Assembly (NCBI GenBank): GCA_964563935.1
Contig: CAZLZE010000005.1
Coordinates: 3,961-67,960, forward strand
DNA from: an uncultured Phycisphaerae bacterium
GTDB taxonomy: Bacteria > Planctomycetota > Phycisphaerae > JAAYCJ01
DNA length: 64,000 bases
Direction: 5' to 3'
Part shown: positions 18,543 through 29,021 of the stretch, one piece after another
How positions within the stretch are numbered: the stretch's first letter is position 1
Layout: each line of letters starts with the position of its first letter
The notes under the pieces: generated by a model
The model's input: only the letters and a program-made list of their open reading frames with translations
Database searches by the model: none
Told to the model about the DNA's origin: nothing
Made by a program: the position numbers and the translations under genes

Positions 18543-19499
18543 ATGTCGCGTTCGCTGGCAGAATTGACGCCCTACATTCGCGTGGCGATGAACCAGCGGT
18601 GCGCCGCCGGATACAAACTGGACCAGCGAGTGATCTTTGACCATTACCTGGCCTGTGTGGCTGAGGGAAATCTGCTCGTCGAGATTGAAGGCCAGACCCA
18701 TGAGCTCCAGGTTGGCGATTTTCTCTTCTTGACGCCTCGCGAATCGCATTCCATCCGATGCTACAGCAACGTACCCGTTCGACTGCCGCATCTGCATTTC
18801 GATTTCTTCACCCAGTCCGATGCAGGCGAGGTATTCATCAGCTTCAAACCCCTCGACCAACTGCGGGATTTCGAACACCTCTTTCGCCGGCCGATATGCC
18901 AGGAAATGGACGACCTGCCCCTGACGTCCGTTATCCGCCCACTGTACTACGAACAACCGTTGGAACACCTTATGAAGATCATCTCGCTCCAGGGTCAGGA
19001 TTCCGCAGCCGCTCGACTGGAGCAGCGAGGCTGTTTCTTTCGACTGCTGGCGTGTCTGACCCATGCCGTACAGGCACAGGAGGTCTTCCAGAACCCGCGA
19101 CACCTCCGCGCGATGGAAGAAGCCATGGAAATCATCCGATGCGACTATCCCCGCCCGCTCACACTGGAGGACCTGGCCAAGGCCGTGCACTTAAGCCCGT
19201 CGCACTTCAGTCACATCTTCAAGCAGTTCTACCAGACATCGCCCATGCAGTTCCTGCGCAATTTCCGCATCGAGCAGGTGAAACATCAGGCCCTGACCAC
19301 AGACAAGAGCCTCACCCAGATCGCCGAGGCCTGCGGGTTTTCTTCCATTCACGTTCTCTCGCGAGCGTTTAAGGAAGTCACCGGCCAGAGCCCAACCGAT
19401 TTTCTCCGCGGACTGAAGATCGAAACCGCCCCACCACCCGCCAGTTGCCCTATGACCGGAAGACCCGGTTATGGAATACCCGCAGATAAGTCATTATGA
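18543..19499 (+). CDS. AraC family transcriptional regulator (cupin sensor plus HTH)
   Basis: C-terminal dual HTH: LEDLAKAVHLSPSHFSHIFKQFYQTSPMQFLRNFRIEQVKHQALTTDKSLTQIAEACGFSSIHVLSRAFKEVTG. Confidence 0.88.
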   Translation: MSRSLAELTPYIRVAMNQRCAAGYKLDQRVIFDHYLACVAEGNLLVEIEGQTHELQVGDFLFLTPRESHSIRCYSNVPVRLPHLHFDFFTQSDAGEVFISFKPLDQLRDFEHLFRRPICQEMDDLPLTSVIRPLYYEQPLEHLMKIISLQGQDSAAARLEQRGCFFRLLACLTHAVQAQEVFQNPRHLRAMEEAMEIIRCDYPRPLTLEDLAKAVHLSPSHFSHIFKQFYQTSPMQFLRNFRIEQVKHQALTTDKSLTQIAEACGFSSIHVLSRAFKEVTGQSPTDFLRGLKIETAPPPASCPMTGRPGYGIPADKSL

Positions 19500-20239
19500 G
19501 GAGCATCGCTACGATGAATGAAAATCACGATCGGCCACAAGACGAAGCGACCGCCATGGTCAACAGTGCACTCGTTCCCGTGCCCAAGCTTGAAGAGGAT
19601 AGCTACGATTGGTATGCCCGTCATGAAGCGATCCTGAGGATCGGCCGACGGGTCAATCCCGAAATCGTACTCATCGGCGATTCGATCACGCATTTTTGGA
19701 GCGGCGAGCCGAAAGACTATCCGTCGGCGCGCGGTCCACTGGCCTGGGAACGCGCCTTTGGACAATTCAGAACTCTGAATTTGGGGTTTGGATGGGATCG
19801 TGTGCAGAATGTCCTCTGGCGGTTGGACCATGGCGAGTTCGATGGGCTTCATCCGCGTCTGGTCATCCTCAATATCGGGACGAACAATCTGACAGGGACT
19901 GCCAACGCCCGCGAAAACACGCCCGTCGAGATTGTCGAAGGCATCGGCGAGATCGTTCGTCGATTACGAACCTTCGTCCCCAATGTGCGCATCATCCAAA
20001 TGGGAGTTTTTCCTCGCGGCCAGTCCCCAACGGATGACTTTCGCCCCAAAATTGCCGAGATCAACCGATTGCTTTCCCTGACAACGGCTCAGCGACGCGT
20101 CGAGTTTCTCGACATCGGTTCCAGAATGCTCCAGCCCGATGGAAGCATATCTCCGGAAATAATGGATGACTTTACCCATCCGACTGAAAAGGGATACCAG
20201 ATCTGGGCTAATGCGATTGCTCCATGGCTGACGAAATAG
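19496..20239 (+). CDS. SGNH/GDSL hydrolase (acetylesterase-like)
   Basis: GDSITH block I, GTNN block III and DDFTHPTEKGY block V. The start overlaps the AraC stop (ATGA). An alternative ATG at 19514 has a GAGGAG ribosome-binding site. Confidence 0.82.
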   Translation: MRSIATMNENHDRPQDEATAMVNSALVPVPKLEEDSYDWYARHEAILRIGRRVNPEIVLIGDSITHFWSGEPKDYPSARGPLAWERAFGQFRTLNLGFGWDRVQNVLWRLDHGEFDGLHPRLVILNIGTNNLTGTANARENTPVEIVEGIGEIVRRLRTFVPNVRIIQMGVFPRGQSPTDDFRPKIAEINRLLSLTTAQRRVEFLDIGSRMLQPDGSISPEIMDDFTHPTEKGYQIWANAIAPWLTK

Positions 20240-20488
20240 AGATTTCAGACGCTCAGCGAGTCAGACAATACTCTCATCGCCCGTCCTACACCACTGACAC
20301 CCTCCGCCCCACGACCAAAAGAGAGCTTGCTTCACCGGCATCCTGAGTCAAAGTGAACTGAATTAAGGTCTTCACCCAGTCCACACATTAAGCCCTATCA
20401 GATACGGGAAATGAAATGTACCCTTTGCCATCCTTCAGATCCTTGAAATCCTATTCTGAATTGGGTGCAAAGCAGTGAAGGCACACGA

Positions 20489-21298
20489 TCAAGATAGTGC
20501 CACATCCAGAATCATCATCACCGTAAACCCGATCATCGTCGCCAGGGTCGCCATATCTGTGTTGCCGCTTCGCTGCGACTCGGGAATCACCTCCTCGACC
20601 ACGACATAGATCATCGCGCCCGCGGCAAAGGCCAGCGCATACGGCAGCAGCGGCTGAGCCAGCAAAACGGCGGCCGCTCCCATCACGCCCGCCGCCGGTT
20701 CGACGACCGCCGACAATTGACCGTACCAGAAGCATTTGAAGCGATTAATACCCTCTCGACGCAGGGGCACGGCGACGGCCACGCCTTCTGGAAAGTTCTG
20801 CAATCCGATACCGATCGCGAGGGAAATCGCGCCGGCGACAGTTGCCTCAGGAAACCCCTCCGCCGCGGCGCCAAACGCCACGCCAACGGCCAGTCCTTCG
20901 GGGATGTTGTGGAGAGTGATCGCCAGTACGAGAAGGACCGCACGCCGCCAGTGGGTGTGTACGCCTTCGGCCTCGCCGGTCGGAAAGTTTACGTGCAGGT
21001 GGGGCAGGACCTTATCGATCGACCAGAGGAAGAACCCGCCCAGCAGAAACCCGATGGCTGGAGGAACCCACACGGGAAGGCTCTTGCCCTCGGACATGGC
21101 AATGGCCGGTGCCAGGAGCGACCAGTAACTCGCGGCGATCATCACGCCCCCAGCAAAGCCCAGCATCGCGTCCAGAACACGCCGGCTAAACGACCGGAAG
21201 AAAAACACTGTCGACGCCCCTAAGGCCGTCAGTCCCCAGGTAAATGATGTCGCCAGTAATGCCTGCAATACGGGAGGCAACGACCGGAGTGCTTCCAT
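20489..21298 (-). CDS. zupT: ZIP family metal (zinc) transporter
   Basis: Eight TM helices and the [10 protein letters not shown] / [14 protein letters not shown] signature motifs. Confidence 0.88.
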   Translation of the reverse strand: MEALRSLPPVLQALLATSFTWGLTALGASTVFFFRSFSRRVLDAMLGFAGGVMIAASYWSLLAPAIAMSEGKSLPVWVPPAIGFLLGGFFLWSIDKVLPHLHVNFPTGEAEGVHTHWRRAVLLVLAITLHNIPEGLAVGVAFGAAAEGFPEATVAGAISLAIGIGLQNFPEGVAVAVPLRREGINRFKCFWYGQLSAVVEPAAGVMGAAAVLLAQPLLPYALAFAAGAMIYVVVEEVIPESQRSGNTDMATLATMIGFTVMMILDVALS

Positions 21299-21611
21299 AT
21301 TGATATTACCTGCCCTAAAAAACGTTCCGACCACATCCGGACCCGTCCGGATGTTCTTGTCCGACGTCGCCGTCGGATATTAATCATACATTATACTGCC
21401 CAGTCAGTTCATGCGCCTACCCGATTTACAGCACGGACGTTCTGCCGGTGCGTAACGCACACACGATGTCTATGCCAAATCGTGACCACCCTCCTCACGC
21501 CCCTCATAAACCGACAGAGTTGGCTAACTTTTTGGAATTTACAACAAAGACACCGTCACGAAGGTGTGATATGCTGTCATATACCAAATGTGGTATTTGA
21601 GGAAAATTGAC

Positions 21612-22670
21612 ATGAATCTGGAACACCTTACTCGACCGCAGGATTATCGAGCCAAACGCATTTCCAGTTACGACCGCACGGGCGGCAATGCCGATGCGAT
21701 TCCCATTGAAAAGGGAAAAACGCTGACACTTGCGGAACTCAAAGGTCCGGGACAGGTGACCCATATCTGGTTCACCATCAATTGCGGAGATAAGAACTAT
21801 CTTCGCCGCCTCATCTTCCGGGTATACTGGGACGGAGCCAAGACACCGGCCATCGAATCACCGGTGGGCGACTTCTTCGGAATCGGCCACGCGAGGGCAG
21901 GGTCCTACCAGAATGCGTTCTTCTCCACCAGTGCCGCGTCGCCCGGGCACGGAGGGAATATGGCGATGAACTGCTGGATTCCCATGCCCTTCACCAAATC
22001 AGCCACGTTGGAGATCGTCAACGAGTGCGACCAGCAGGTCAACGGGTTCTACTACTACATCGATTACCGCGAACTGCCCGAAGCCTCCAAGGATCCGATG
22101 TATTTTCACGCCCAGTGGCGACGAGAACTGCCCACTGACGGCTGGACAGGCAAGGGCAGCGTGTGGCTCAGCAGCGATTGGCACAAACGGCACTCTACAG
22201 AAGAAGACAAGAACCTGACGGGCAAGGGCAACTATCTGATCCTCGACACCGAAGGCCGGGGACATTTTGTCGGGTGCAACGTCTCCATCAAGAACCTGTC
22301 CGAGGGCTGGTGGGGTGAAGGTGACGACATGTTCTTCGTGGATGGCCAATCGTTTCCGCCGGACCTCCACGGGACAGGAACAGAGGACTACTTCGCCCAT
22401 GCCTGGGGAATGCAGGCGTCGAACGCGCATCTCTACCACGGAGTATCCCTCGGTGAAGGCCAGGACAACTGGCGCGGATACTGGACGATCTATCGCCTGC
22501 ATGTCGTGGACCCCGTGCCCTTCACCAAGTCGCTCGTGATGTCCATCGAGCATGGCCACGCCAATGACCGGTCCGACGACTGGTCGAGCGTAGCATACTG
22601 GTACCTCGATCGCCCGGAACACAAACAGTACGCCCCGCTACCCGATGCAACTGGCAGAGACCCGGCCTAA
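21612..22670 (+). CDS. DUF2961 family protein (glycoside hydrolase family GH172-like)
   Basis: GAGGA ribosome-binding site before ATG 21612. Characteristic DUF2961 blocks: HIWFTI, WWGEGDDMFFVDG, GTGTEDYF. Confidence 0.75.
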   Translation: MNLEHLTRPQDYRAKRISSYDRTGGNADAIPIEKGKTLTLAELKGPGQVTHIWFTINCGDKNYLRRLIFRVYWDGAKTPAIESPVGDFFGIGHARAGSYQNAFFSTSAASPGHGGNMAMNCWIPMPFTKSATLEIVNECDQQVNGFYYYIDYRELPEASKDPMYFHAQWRRELPTDGWTGKGSVWLSSDWHKRHSTEEDKNLTGKGNYLILDTEGRGHFVGCNVSIKNLSEGWWGEGDDMFFVDGQSFPPDLHGTGTEDYFAHAWGMQASNAHLYHGVSLGEGQDNWRGYWTIYRLHVVDPVPFTKSLVMSIEHGHANDRSDDWSSVAYWYLDRPEHKQYAPLPDATGRDPA

Positions 22671-22777
22671 GCATGGTCAAATATACAATTGTTCCGGTCG
22701 AAGAATACATGTTCGCATCCTTGCGGATCGCAAACCTGCCGAGCAGAATATAGCCTGCTTTTGTGCAGGAGCACTTC

Positions 22778-23917
22778 ATGAACAGTATTGAGCGCGTTCA
22801 AAAGACGCTGGCGTACGAACATATCGACCGGGTACCGCTGGGATTTTATCTTGTCGATTGCGACACCATCTCCAAAGTGATCGGGCGAAAAACCTTCGTT
22901 CGTAACCGAATCGAGCAGCAGCTTGCCCTCTGGAGCGGACGGCGGGACGAAGTGGCGGAGAGTCTCAAGAAAGACACCGTCGAGTTCTATCGCAAGATCG
23001 ATCTGTGCGACATTATCACATTTAAGGAAGCAGCCTTGCTTCCGCCGAAGGATTACCAGCCGGCCAAAATGCGCAAGGTCAGCAACGACATCTACGAAGA
23101 CGATGCCGGCCGCGTCTATAAAATATCCGAACTGAGCAATGAGTTCGTATGCGTGGAAGACCCAACGGCCAAGGACAAAGAATACACACTCGCCGATTTT
23201 CCCGACGACACCCCGATCAAACCACACGATGAATCCATCTTCGAAGCCTACGATTACCTCGTTGAGCAACTCGGCCAGGAACGTTTCATCCTCGGCCCCG
23301 CGCCGCTCGACGCCACACCAATGCTCGGTGGGATGGAGAACGGCCTGATTGAGTATGTCGCTAATCCTGACACCGTGCGAGCCGCCATCCGGTATTTTCT
23401 CCGCCATCATAACGCACTGGACCGGCAGATGATCCGCCCGGGACAGCAAGGCGTACTCATGGAGCAGGATTACGGAACAACCCGCGCCTCAATTCTCTCT
23501 CCAAAAATGTTCCGCGACTTCGGATTTCCCGTGCTGCAGTCTCGCACGAAGAATATCAAGCAATTCGTGAAGTACGTATTCCTCCACAGCTGCGGTAATT
23601 GCTGGGACCTGATCGACATGTTCATCGAATCCGGCATTGACGCCTACCAGTCGCTGCAGACAGGGGCAGGAATGGACCTGAACCTTCTGAAGGACCGGTT
23701 CCACAACCGAATCGCCTTCTGGGGCGGAATCGCCATGGAGATCCTCGTCAAGGGAACGCCGGAGGAAGTGCGCAAGAACGTGAAACACGCAGTCAACACA
23801 GCCAAGACCAGAAAAGGAATCATCCTCGGTCCCAGCCACTCGATCGCATACGGTGTGCCCTACGACAACTTCCTGGCCATGATGGACGAATTTCACAAGA
23901 ACGCGTATTATTCATAA
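22778..23917 (+). CDS. Uroporphyrinogen decarboxylase (URO-D) family protein, third
   Basis: AGGAG ribosome-binding site before ATG 22778; the ORF from 22763 starts on GTG. C-terminal half (FLHSCGNCWDLIDMFIESGIDAYQSLQ) parallels the other two URO-D-like proteins. Confidence 0.65.
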   Translation: MNSIERVQKTLAYEHIDRVPLGFYLVDCDTISKVIGRKTFVRNRIEQQLALWSGRRDEVAESLKKDTVEFYRKIDLCDIITFKEAALLPPKDYQPAKMRKVSNDIYEDDAGRVYKISELSNEFVCVEDPTAKDKEYTLADFPDDTPIKPHDESIFEAYDYLVEQLGQERFILGPAPLDATPMLGGMENGLIEYVANPDTVRAAIRYFLRHHNALDRQMIRPGQQGVLMEQDYGTTRASILSPKMFRDFGFPVLQSRTKNIKQFVKYVFLHSCGNCWDLIDMFIESGIDAYQSLQTGAGMDLNLLKDRFHNRIAFWGGIAMEILVKGTPEEVRKNVKHAVNTAKTRKGIILGPSHSIAYGVPYDNFLAMMDEFHKNAYYS

Positions 23918-23933
23918 ACACTCCCCGGACCTT

Positions 23934-24461
23934 CTATTTTGCCAGTAGATCGCGATAGTCGGCGCAGTAGCGCTTTCGCCTGCACGCCTTGCAGTGGGCG
24001 CCGCGCCAGACGCCGTCGAATTGGTCCATGATTGCATCGACCAGCGACTCCTCGTCCGTAACGATCCCGGACTCGAAGTTCCGTTTACTCTCGCCTTTGG
24101 CGCCCATCCCCGCCCCCGTCAGGTTCGCGCTTCCGGAATACGCGATATCCCCATCAACGATTACGCTCTTAAAGTGCACCCGCGGACACAGAATCCGCTC
24201 CATGCCCTGGATGAGATTTGGATATTCGTCATAGTCCTTCCGGAACGCCGGGCCAGGCTCCTTCGCATGTAAAAGACGAATCTCCACCTTCCGGCGAGTC
24301 AGGTCGGAAAGGATCTCCAAGAACGGCACCATCTTTCCCCGCTTGTCCACGTACAGGTCCTTCAAATCCGCTGTGGCAATCCAGAGGAACCTCTTGGCCT
24401 TGGGAACGCACTCGCAGATTACCTTCTCGTAAATCTCTTTGTTCGTGACGAACTCAATCAT
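23934..24461 (-). CDS. Phospholipase D-family (HKD) nuclease-like protein, Nuc-like, cytoplasmic
   Basis: HKD motif HFKSVIVDGDIAYSGSANLTGAG. AGAGGA ribosome-binding site before ATG 24461, 16 nt after the ABC-F stop. C-terminal CxxC...C cluster. No signal peptide. Confidence 0.75.
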   Translation of the reverse strand: MIEFVTNKEIYEKVICECVPKAKRFLWIATADLKDLYVDKRGKMVPFLEILSDLTRRKVEIRLLHAKEPGPAFRKDYDEYPNLIQGMERILCPRVHFKSVIVDGDIAYSGSANLTGAGMGAKGESKRNFESGIVTDEESLVDAIMDQFDGVWRGAHCKACRRKRYCADYRDLLAK

Positions 24462-24477
24462 GCTTCCTCTGCCACAC

Positions 24478-26394
24478 TCACGCCGTCGCCTCAGCACGCG
24501 ATGCCAGTTCCTCCCACCGGGCATAATCGGTCTTGAGCTTCTCCTGCGCACGGGCATGTTCCTGAGTCAACTCATTGAGCTTGACATAATCCGTGGCCGC
24601 TCCGATCATCTGGCGCTCAATATCCTTCACCCGCAACTCCAGATTTGGAATCTCATTCTCCAACGCCGCCAGTTCCCGCTGTTCCATGTATGTCAGCCTC
24701 TTCGGCTTGTCTGAAGCTTCCGCGGGTACGTCCTTCCTTCTCTTCGCCTCGCGCGATCTCGCCACTTCCTGCTGGGCCCGCTCTCGCTCCTGCTCCTCCC
24801 CGCGAATTCGCTCATACGTCGAGTAGTCCCCCGGAATCGACCGAATCACGCCGTTGCCCTCAAAAGAAAGCAGCTGATCCACATTTCGATCGAGGAAATA
24901 TCGGTCATGTGAGATAACAACCAGCGATCCGCCGAAGGCATCGAGAAAATCTTCCAGCGACTCCAGCGTGGCAATATCCAGATCGTTCGTGGGTTCATCG
25001 AGAACGAGCACATTCGGATCTTTCATCAGCGTACGCACCAGGTACAGTCGGCGGCGCTCGCCCCCCGACAGTAGCTCGATAGGTCCCTGCATCATCTGGG
25101 GCGTGAAAAGGAATTGTTCAAGAGCTTGAGCCGCGGTCAGCGTCTTGCCGTCCGCTCCGCGAATAACCTCGCCACCCTCGCGCTTGACGTAATCAAGGGC
25201 CGACATGTTCGGATTCAGTTCGATACTCTCCTGATCGTAGTAACCAAAGTACACCGTCTCGCCAATGATAACTTTTCCCGCGTCTGGAGCGATGCGTCCC
25301 GTGATGAGGTTGGCCAGGGTCGATTTACCCGATCCGTTAGCCCCAATGATCCCCAGCCTCTGGCCTCGTTCGATCTTGTACGAGAATTTCGCGACCACGT
25401 TCTTCCCGTCGAACGACTTGCTCACGTTGATAAGCTCGACGACCTTCGTCCCCAGCCGCCGCGCGCCGGCGCCAAACCGAACTTCCTCCCGCGGCTTGTA
25501 GTACGATGTCGATGCCAATTCCTCGATATCCTTCAGCCGCGACTTCTGCTTCGTTCGCTGGGCCTTGGGTCCACGCTTCAGCCAGGCAAGTTCCTTCCGG
25601 AGGATATTCAGACGCTTCGCCTCCTGGGAGGCCTGCGCCGACTCGATCGCCGCCTTGTGCTCGACATAATACGAGAAATTCCCTTCAAATGTCCGCATTT
25701 CCCCCCGGTCCATCTCGAAAATGCGATCCGTGACCCGATCCAGAAAGTATCGATCGTGCGTAACTAAAATGAGGGCGCCGCTGAACTTCTGCAGATACTC
25801 CTCCAGCCAGGCTATCGTGTCGGCATCAAGTTGGTTCGTAGGTTCATCCAGCATCAGGATGTCGGACGGGTCCACCAACGCCCGAGCCAACGCCACACGC
25901 TTGCGATATCCGCCCGAAAGCCCCCCTACCCTCGCCCCGAAATCCTCCACGCCAAGCTTCGTCAGAATCGTCTTCGACCGCGTCTCATATTCCCAGGCTC
26001 CAAGAGCATTCATCCGCTCCGACACTTCGTCAAACCGTCGGAGAAGCCCCGCATCGTCAGGCCTCTCCGCCAATTCGTGCGACACCGCCTCATATTCCCG
26101 TACCGTTGTCGAGAGTTCACCTGCCGCAAAGAAGACATGTTCCAGAACCGTGTGATCCGCGTCAAACACCGGATTCTGAGCCAGGTACTCCACACGAAGA
26201 TTCTGACGCGTCTCAATCGTCCCCCCATCGGCGGGCTCGAGCCCGGACAACACCTTCAGCAGCGTGGATTTGCCCGATCCGTTCGCCCCAATCACACCAA
26301 TCCGCTCACGTTCCTCAATACCGAACGTAATCCCGCTGAAGATCCGCTTCAACCCGTACATCTTTCCTAGATCCCGAACCGTCAATATGCTCAT
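24478..26394 (-). CDS. uup: ABC-F family ATPase with C-terminal coiled-coil (Uup-like)
   Basis: Two complete nucleotide-binding domains (GANGSGKST Walker A twice, LSGG signature twice). About 100-aa Glu/Arg/Lys-rich coiled-coil C-terminal domain, as in Uup. Confidence 0.85.
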   Translation of the reverse strand: MSILTVRDLGKMYGLKRIFSGITFGIEERERIGVIGANGSGKSTLLKVLSGLEPADGGTIETRQNLRVEYLAQNPVFDADHTVLEHVFFAAGELSTTVREYEAVSHELAERPDDAGLLRRFDEVSERMNALGAWEYETRSKTILTKLGVEDFGARVGGLSGGYRKRVALARALVDPSDILMLDEPTNQLDADTIAWLEEYLQKFSGALILVTHDRYFLDRVTDRIFEMDRGEMRTFEGNFSYYVEHKAAIESAQASQEAKRLNILRKELAWLKRGPKAQRTKQKSRLKDIEELASTSYYKPREEVRFGAGARRLGTKVVELINVSKSFDGKNVVAKFSYKIERGQRLGIIGANGSGKSTLANLITGRIAPDAGKVIIGETVYFGYYDQESIELNPNMSALDYVKREGGEVIRGADGKTLTAAQALEQFLFTPQMMQGPIELLSGGERRRLYLVRTLMKDPNVLVLDEPTNDLDIATLESLEDFLDAFGGSLVVISHDRYFLDRNVDQLLSFEGNGVIRSIPGDYSTYERIRGEEQERERAQQEVARSREAKRRKDVPAEASDKPKRLTYMEQRELAALENEIPNLELRVKDIERQMIGAATDYVKLNELTQEHARAQEKLKTDYARWEELASRAEATA

Positions 26395-26424
26395 GCCATC
26401 CTCATATCCCCTGCTGTGTCTGTT

Positions 26425-26937
26425 CTATTTCGAGAATAGATCCTTCTTCCTAAACGATCGAAGCTGCTCACTGCAGCACACAGCCACTGCCAACGCATCC
26501 GTAACGTCGGACGGTATCTCCGTGGATATAGGGCTGACACGAAACAGGGAAAAAATAGCCCGCTGAACCTGTAGCTTTCCCGCGTGTCCTGAACCCGTGA
26601 CCGCTTTCTTAATCTTCGTGGCGGAAAGGTTCATGATGGGAATATCCTTCCTTCTCGCCGCCAGAATGATCACACCCCGCGCGTGTCCCATCAGGATTGC
26701 CGTCCGCGGGTGCTCGTAATGGCTGTAGAGTTCCTCGACAGCAACCGCTCTGAGCTTGTGTTCGTCGAACAGTCGACTGAGTTCGTCATAGATCAGAGCC
26801 AAACGGTCCGGAAGCGGCAACGTCGTCTTCGTGCGAATCAACCCGGCAGCGACGATCTGCATGGCACCGTTGGGGCTGACCTCGATAATTCCGTACCCTG
26901 TCCGGTGCAGTCCGGGGTCTAATCCGCAGATCATCAT
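26425..26937 (-). CDS. ruvC: Crossover junction endodeoxyribonuclease RuvC
   Basis: [17 protein letters not shown]...AVEELY...ILMGHARGVII...DALAVAVC match RuvC catalytic residues. Start overlaps the cysS stop. Confidence 0.9.
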   Translation of the reverse strand: MMICGLDPGLHRTGYGIIEVSPNGAMQIVAAGLIRTKTTLPLPDRLALIYDELSRLFDEHKLRAVAVEELYSHYEHPRTAILMGHARGVIILAARRKDIPIMNLSATKIKKAVTGSGHAGKLQVQRAIFSLFRVSPISTEIPSDVTDALAVAVCCSEQLRSFRKKDLFSK

Positions 26938-28412
26938 GGTATCTTTTCCCACGTCGTGCCGTCCTTGCCGTCCTTCAGCTGAATCCGCAGGTCCTTCAGC
27001 CGGTCACGAACCAGGTCAGAAAGGGCAAACTGTTTGAGCTTCCGAGCCTCATTTCGGACATCGATCAGCAGACGGATCAATCCGTCCGCCAATTCATCCG
27101 TCACCTTGCTCTCAGGACGCTTCTCGAACAGTCCGATCAGATTGGCCGTCTTCATCAGGTCGCGAACGCCCGCCGCAAGAACCTTCTTGTCCACCGAACA
27201 CGAATCAGCCGTCAGGTTCGCCTCCTCAGCAAAGTGGTTCGCCGCATTCGCCATTCCGTACAGCGCCGCGATCGCGTCCGCCGTGTTAAAATCGTCGTCC
27301 ATCGCCCGAATGAACTCCTCGGTAAATTTCTCGATGGCCGCACTGTAATTCTTCGCCGGTTGCGACGCCAAATCCAGGTTGATCTCTTCTTTTCCGTTGT
27401 CCCGATACGGGTCCTGGCCCGTAATCTTCTGCACCCGGTCGAACAACCGGTAAAACGTCTGCAATCCCTTGGCTACTTTGACGATTTCTTCGTCCGAAAA
27501 ATCGATCGGGCGGCGGTAGTGCGTGCTCAGAATGAAAAATCGGATCGTCTCGCCGCTGTGCTGATCCAACAAATCGCTGATCAGCCGAATATTACCGAGG
27601 CTCTTGGACATCTTCTTCGTGTTCACCCGGGTCAGCCCATTGTGAAGCCAGTACTTCACAAACGGTTTGCCCGTCGCTGCCTCAGTCTGCGCGATTTCGT
27701 TTTCATGGTGCGGGAAAATCAGGTCCATCCCCCCGCCGTGAATGTCGAACGTCTCTCCGAGATACTTCATGCTCATAGCTGAGCATTCAATGTGCCACCC
27801 CGGACGCCCCTGACCCCACGGCGAATCCCACGCCGGCTCCCCCGGCTTGGCGCCTTTCCACAAAGCAAAATCCCACGGATGACGCTTGTCTTCCGCCGAC
27901 TTCAGCTCGCGTGTCCCCGCCTCCTGCTCTTCCGTGGACCGGTTCGAGAGTTTTCCGTATTCAGGGAACTTCGCCACGTCGAAATAGACATCATTCCCCA
28001 CCACATACGCCACGTCTTTCTCAATTAGCCGCTGAATGAGCGCAATAATTTCAGGAATATGCTCCGTCGCTTTGGGAACGAACGTCGGCTTGCGGACGTT
28101 CAGCTTTTCCATGGCCCGGAAGTAATCCGCCGCCACATCCTCAGCCACCTGGGTCATCGTCCGTCCCTGCCGCTGGGCTTCGTTGATGATCTTGTCGTCC
28201 ACGTCCGTAATATTGGCGACCAGCGTCACCTGGTATCCGCGGAACTCAAGCCACCGTCGAATGGCGTCGAAAATCACCGGGCCAACCGCATGCCCGATAT
28301 GCGAGGGTTTGTACACCGTCGGTCCACACAGATAGATACCCACCTGCTTGCCGTTAACCGGTACAAATTCCTCTTCCTTCCGCGTCAGTGTGTTGTATAC
28401 CGTAATTGCCAT
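26934..28412 (-). CDS. cysS: Cysteine--tRNA ligase
   Basis: HIGH motif (PSHIGHAVG), KMSKS motif and zinc-binding Cys residues; 492 aa. Confidence 0.95.
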   Translation of the reverse strand: MAITVYNTLTRKEEEFVPVNGKQVGIYLCGPTVYKPSHIGHAVGPVIFDAIRRWLEFRGYQVTLVANITDVDDKIINEAQRQGRTMTQVAEDVAADYFRAMEKLNVRKPTFVPKATEHIPEIIALIQRLIEKDVAYVVGNDVYFDVAKFPEYGKLSNRSTEEQEAGTRELKSAEDKRHPWDFALWKGAKPGEPAWDSPWGQGRPGWHIECSAMSMKYLGETFDIHGGGMDLIFPHHENEIAQTEAATGKPFVKYWLHNGLTRVNTKKMSKSLGNIRLISDLLDQHSGETIRFFILSTHYRRPIDFSDEEIVKVAKGLQTFYRLFDRVQKITGQDPYRDNGKEEINLDLASQPAKNYSAAIEKFTEEFIRAMDDDFNTADAIAALYGMANAANHFAEEANLTADSCSVDKKVLAAGVRDLMKTANLIGLFEKRPESKVTDELADGLIRLLIDVRNEARKLKQFALSDLVRDRLKDLRIQLKDGKDGTTWEKIP

Positions 28413-28430
28413 AAGTCATCCTCGTCCATT

Positions 28431-28904
28431 CTATGGTCTGGTCACGCTCGCCACCGACCATGCCGCAATCGCCTTACCTTCGCCCACGGCATCCAATCCC
28501 TCGTTCGTCTTGGCCTTGAGATTGACGTGCTCCACACTCAACCCCAACAATTCCGCCAGCTTCGCTCGAATCCCCGCCTTGTGTTCCTTCAGCTTCGGCC
28601 TTTCCGCGTGAATTATAACATCCACGTGCTCGATCTTGAAGCCTCGATCCGCCACCATTCGAACCACATTACTCAGCAGCTTCGTACTGTCCGCGTCCTT
28701 ATACGCCGGGTCGGTGTCCGGAAACAACTCCCCGATATCACCCAGAGCACACGCGCCCAGCAGGGCATCAATAATGGCGTGAATGACAACGTCCCCATCA
28801 CTGTGGGCTTGGAATCCCAGGGGATACTCAATCCGCACGCCGCCCAGAACCAGTGCCCGTCCCGGAATGAGCCGGTGAATGTCATACCCAATACCTGCCT
28901 GCAT
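28431..28904 (-). CDS. ispF: 2-C-methyl-D-erythritol 2,4-cyclodiphosphate synthase
   Basis: GIGYDIHRL...GHSDGDVVIHAIIDALLGA IspF signature. Confidence 0.93.
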   Translation of the reverse strand: MQAGIGYDIHRLIPGRALVLGGVRIEYPLGFQAHSDGDVVIHAIIDALLGACALGDIGELFPDTDPAYKDADSTKLLSNVVRMVADRGFKIEHVDVIIHAERPKLKEHKAGIRAKLAELLGLSVEHVNLKAKTNEGLDAVGEGKAIAAWSVASVTRP

Positions 28905-29021
28905 CGCGATTCTCCATGGAATTCCATAAGAATATCAGAACCGTCCCTGCCAATCAACCATTGTCCCAGCCGGCTCGCTAAGGTATGATCCTCACTACCA
29001 TACGGAATCTTTGTTTCAAGG

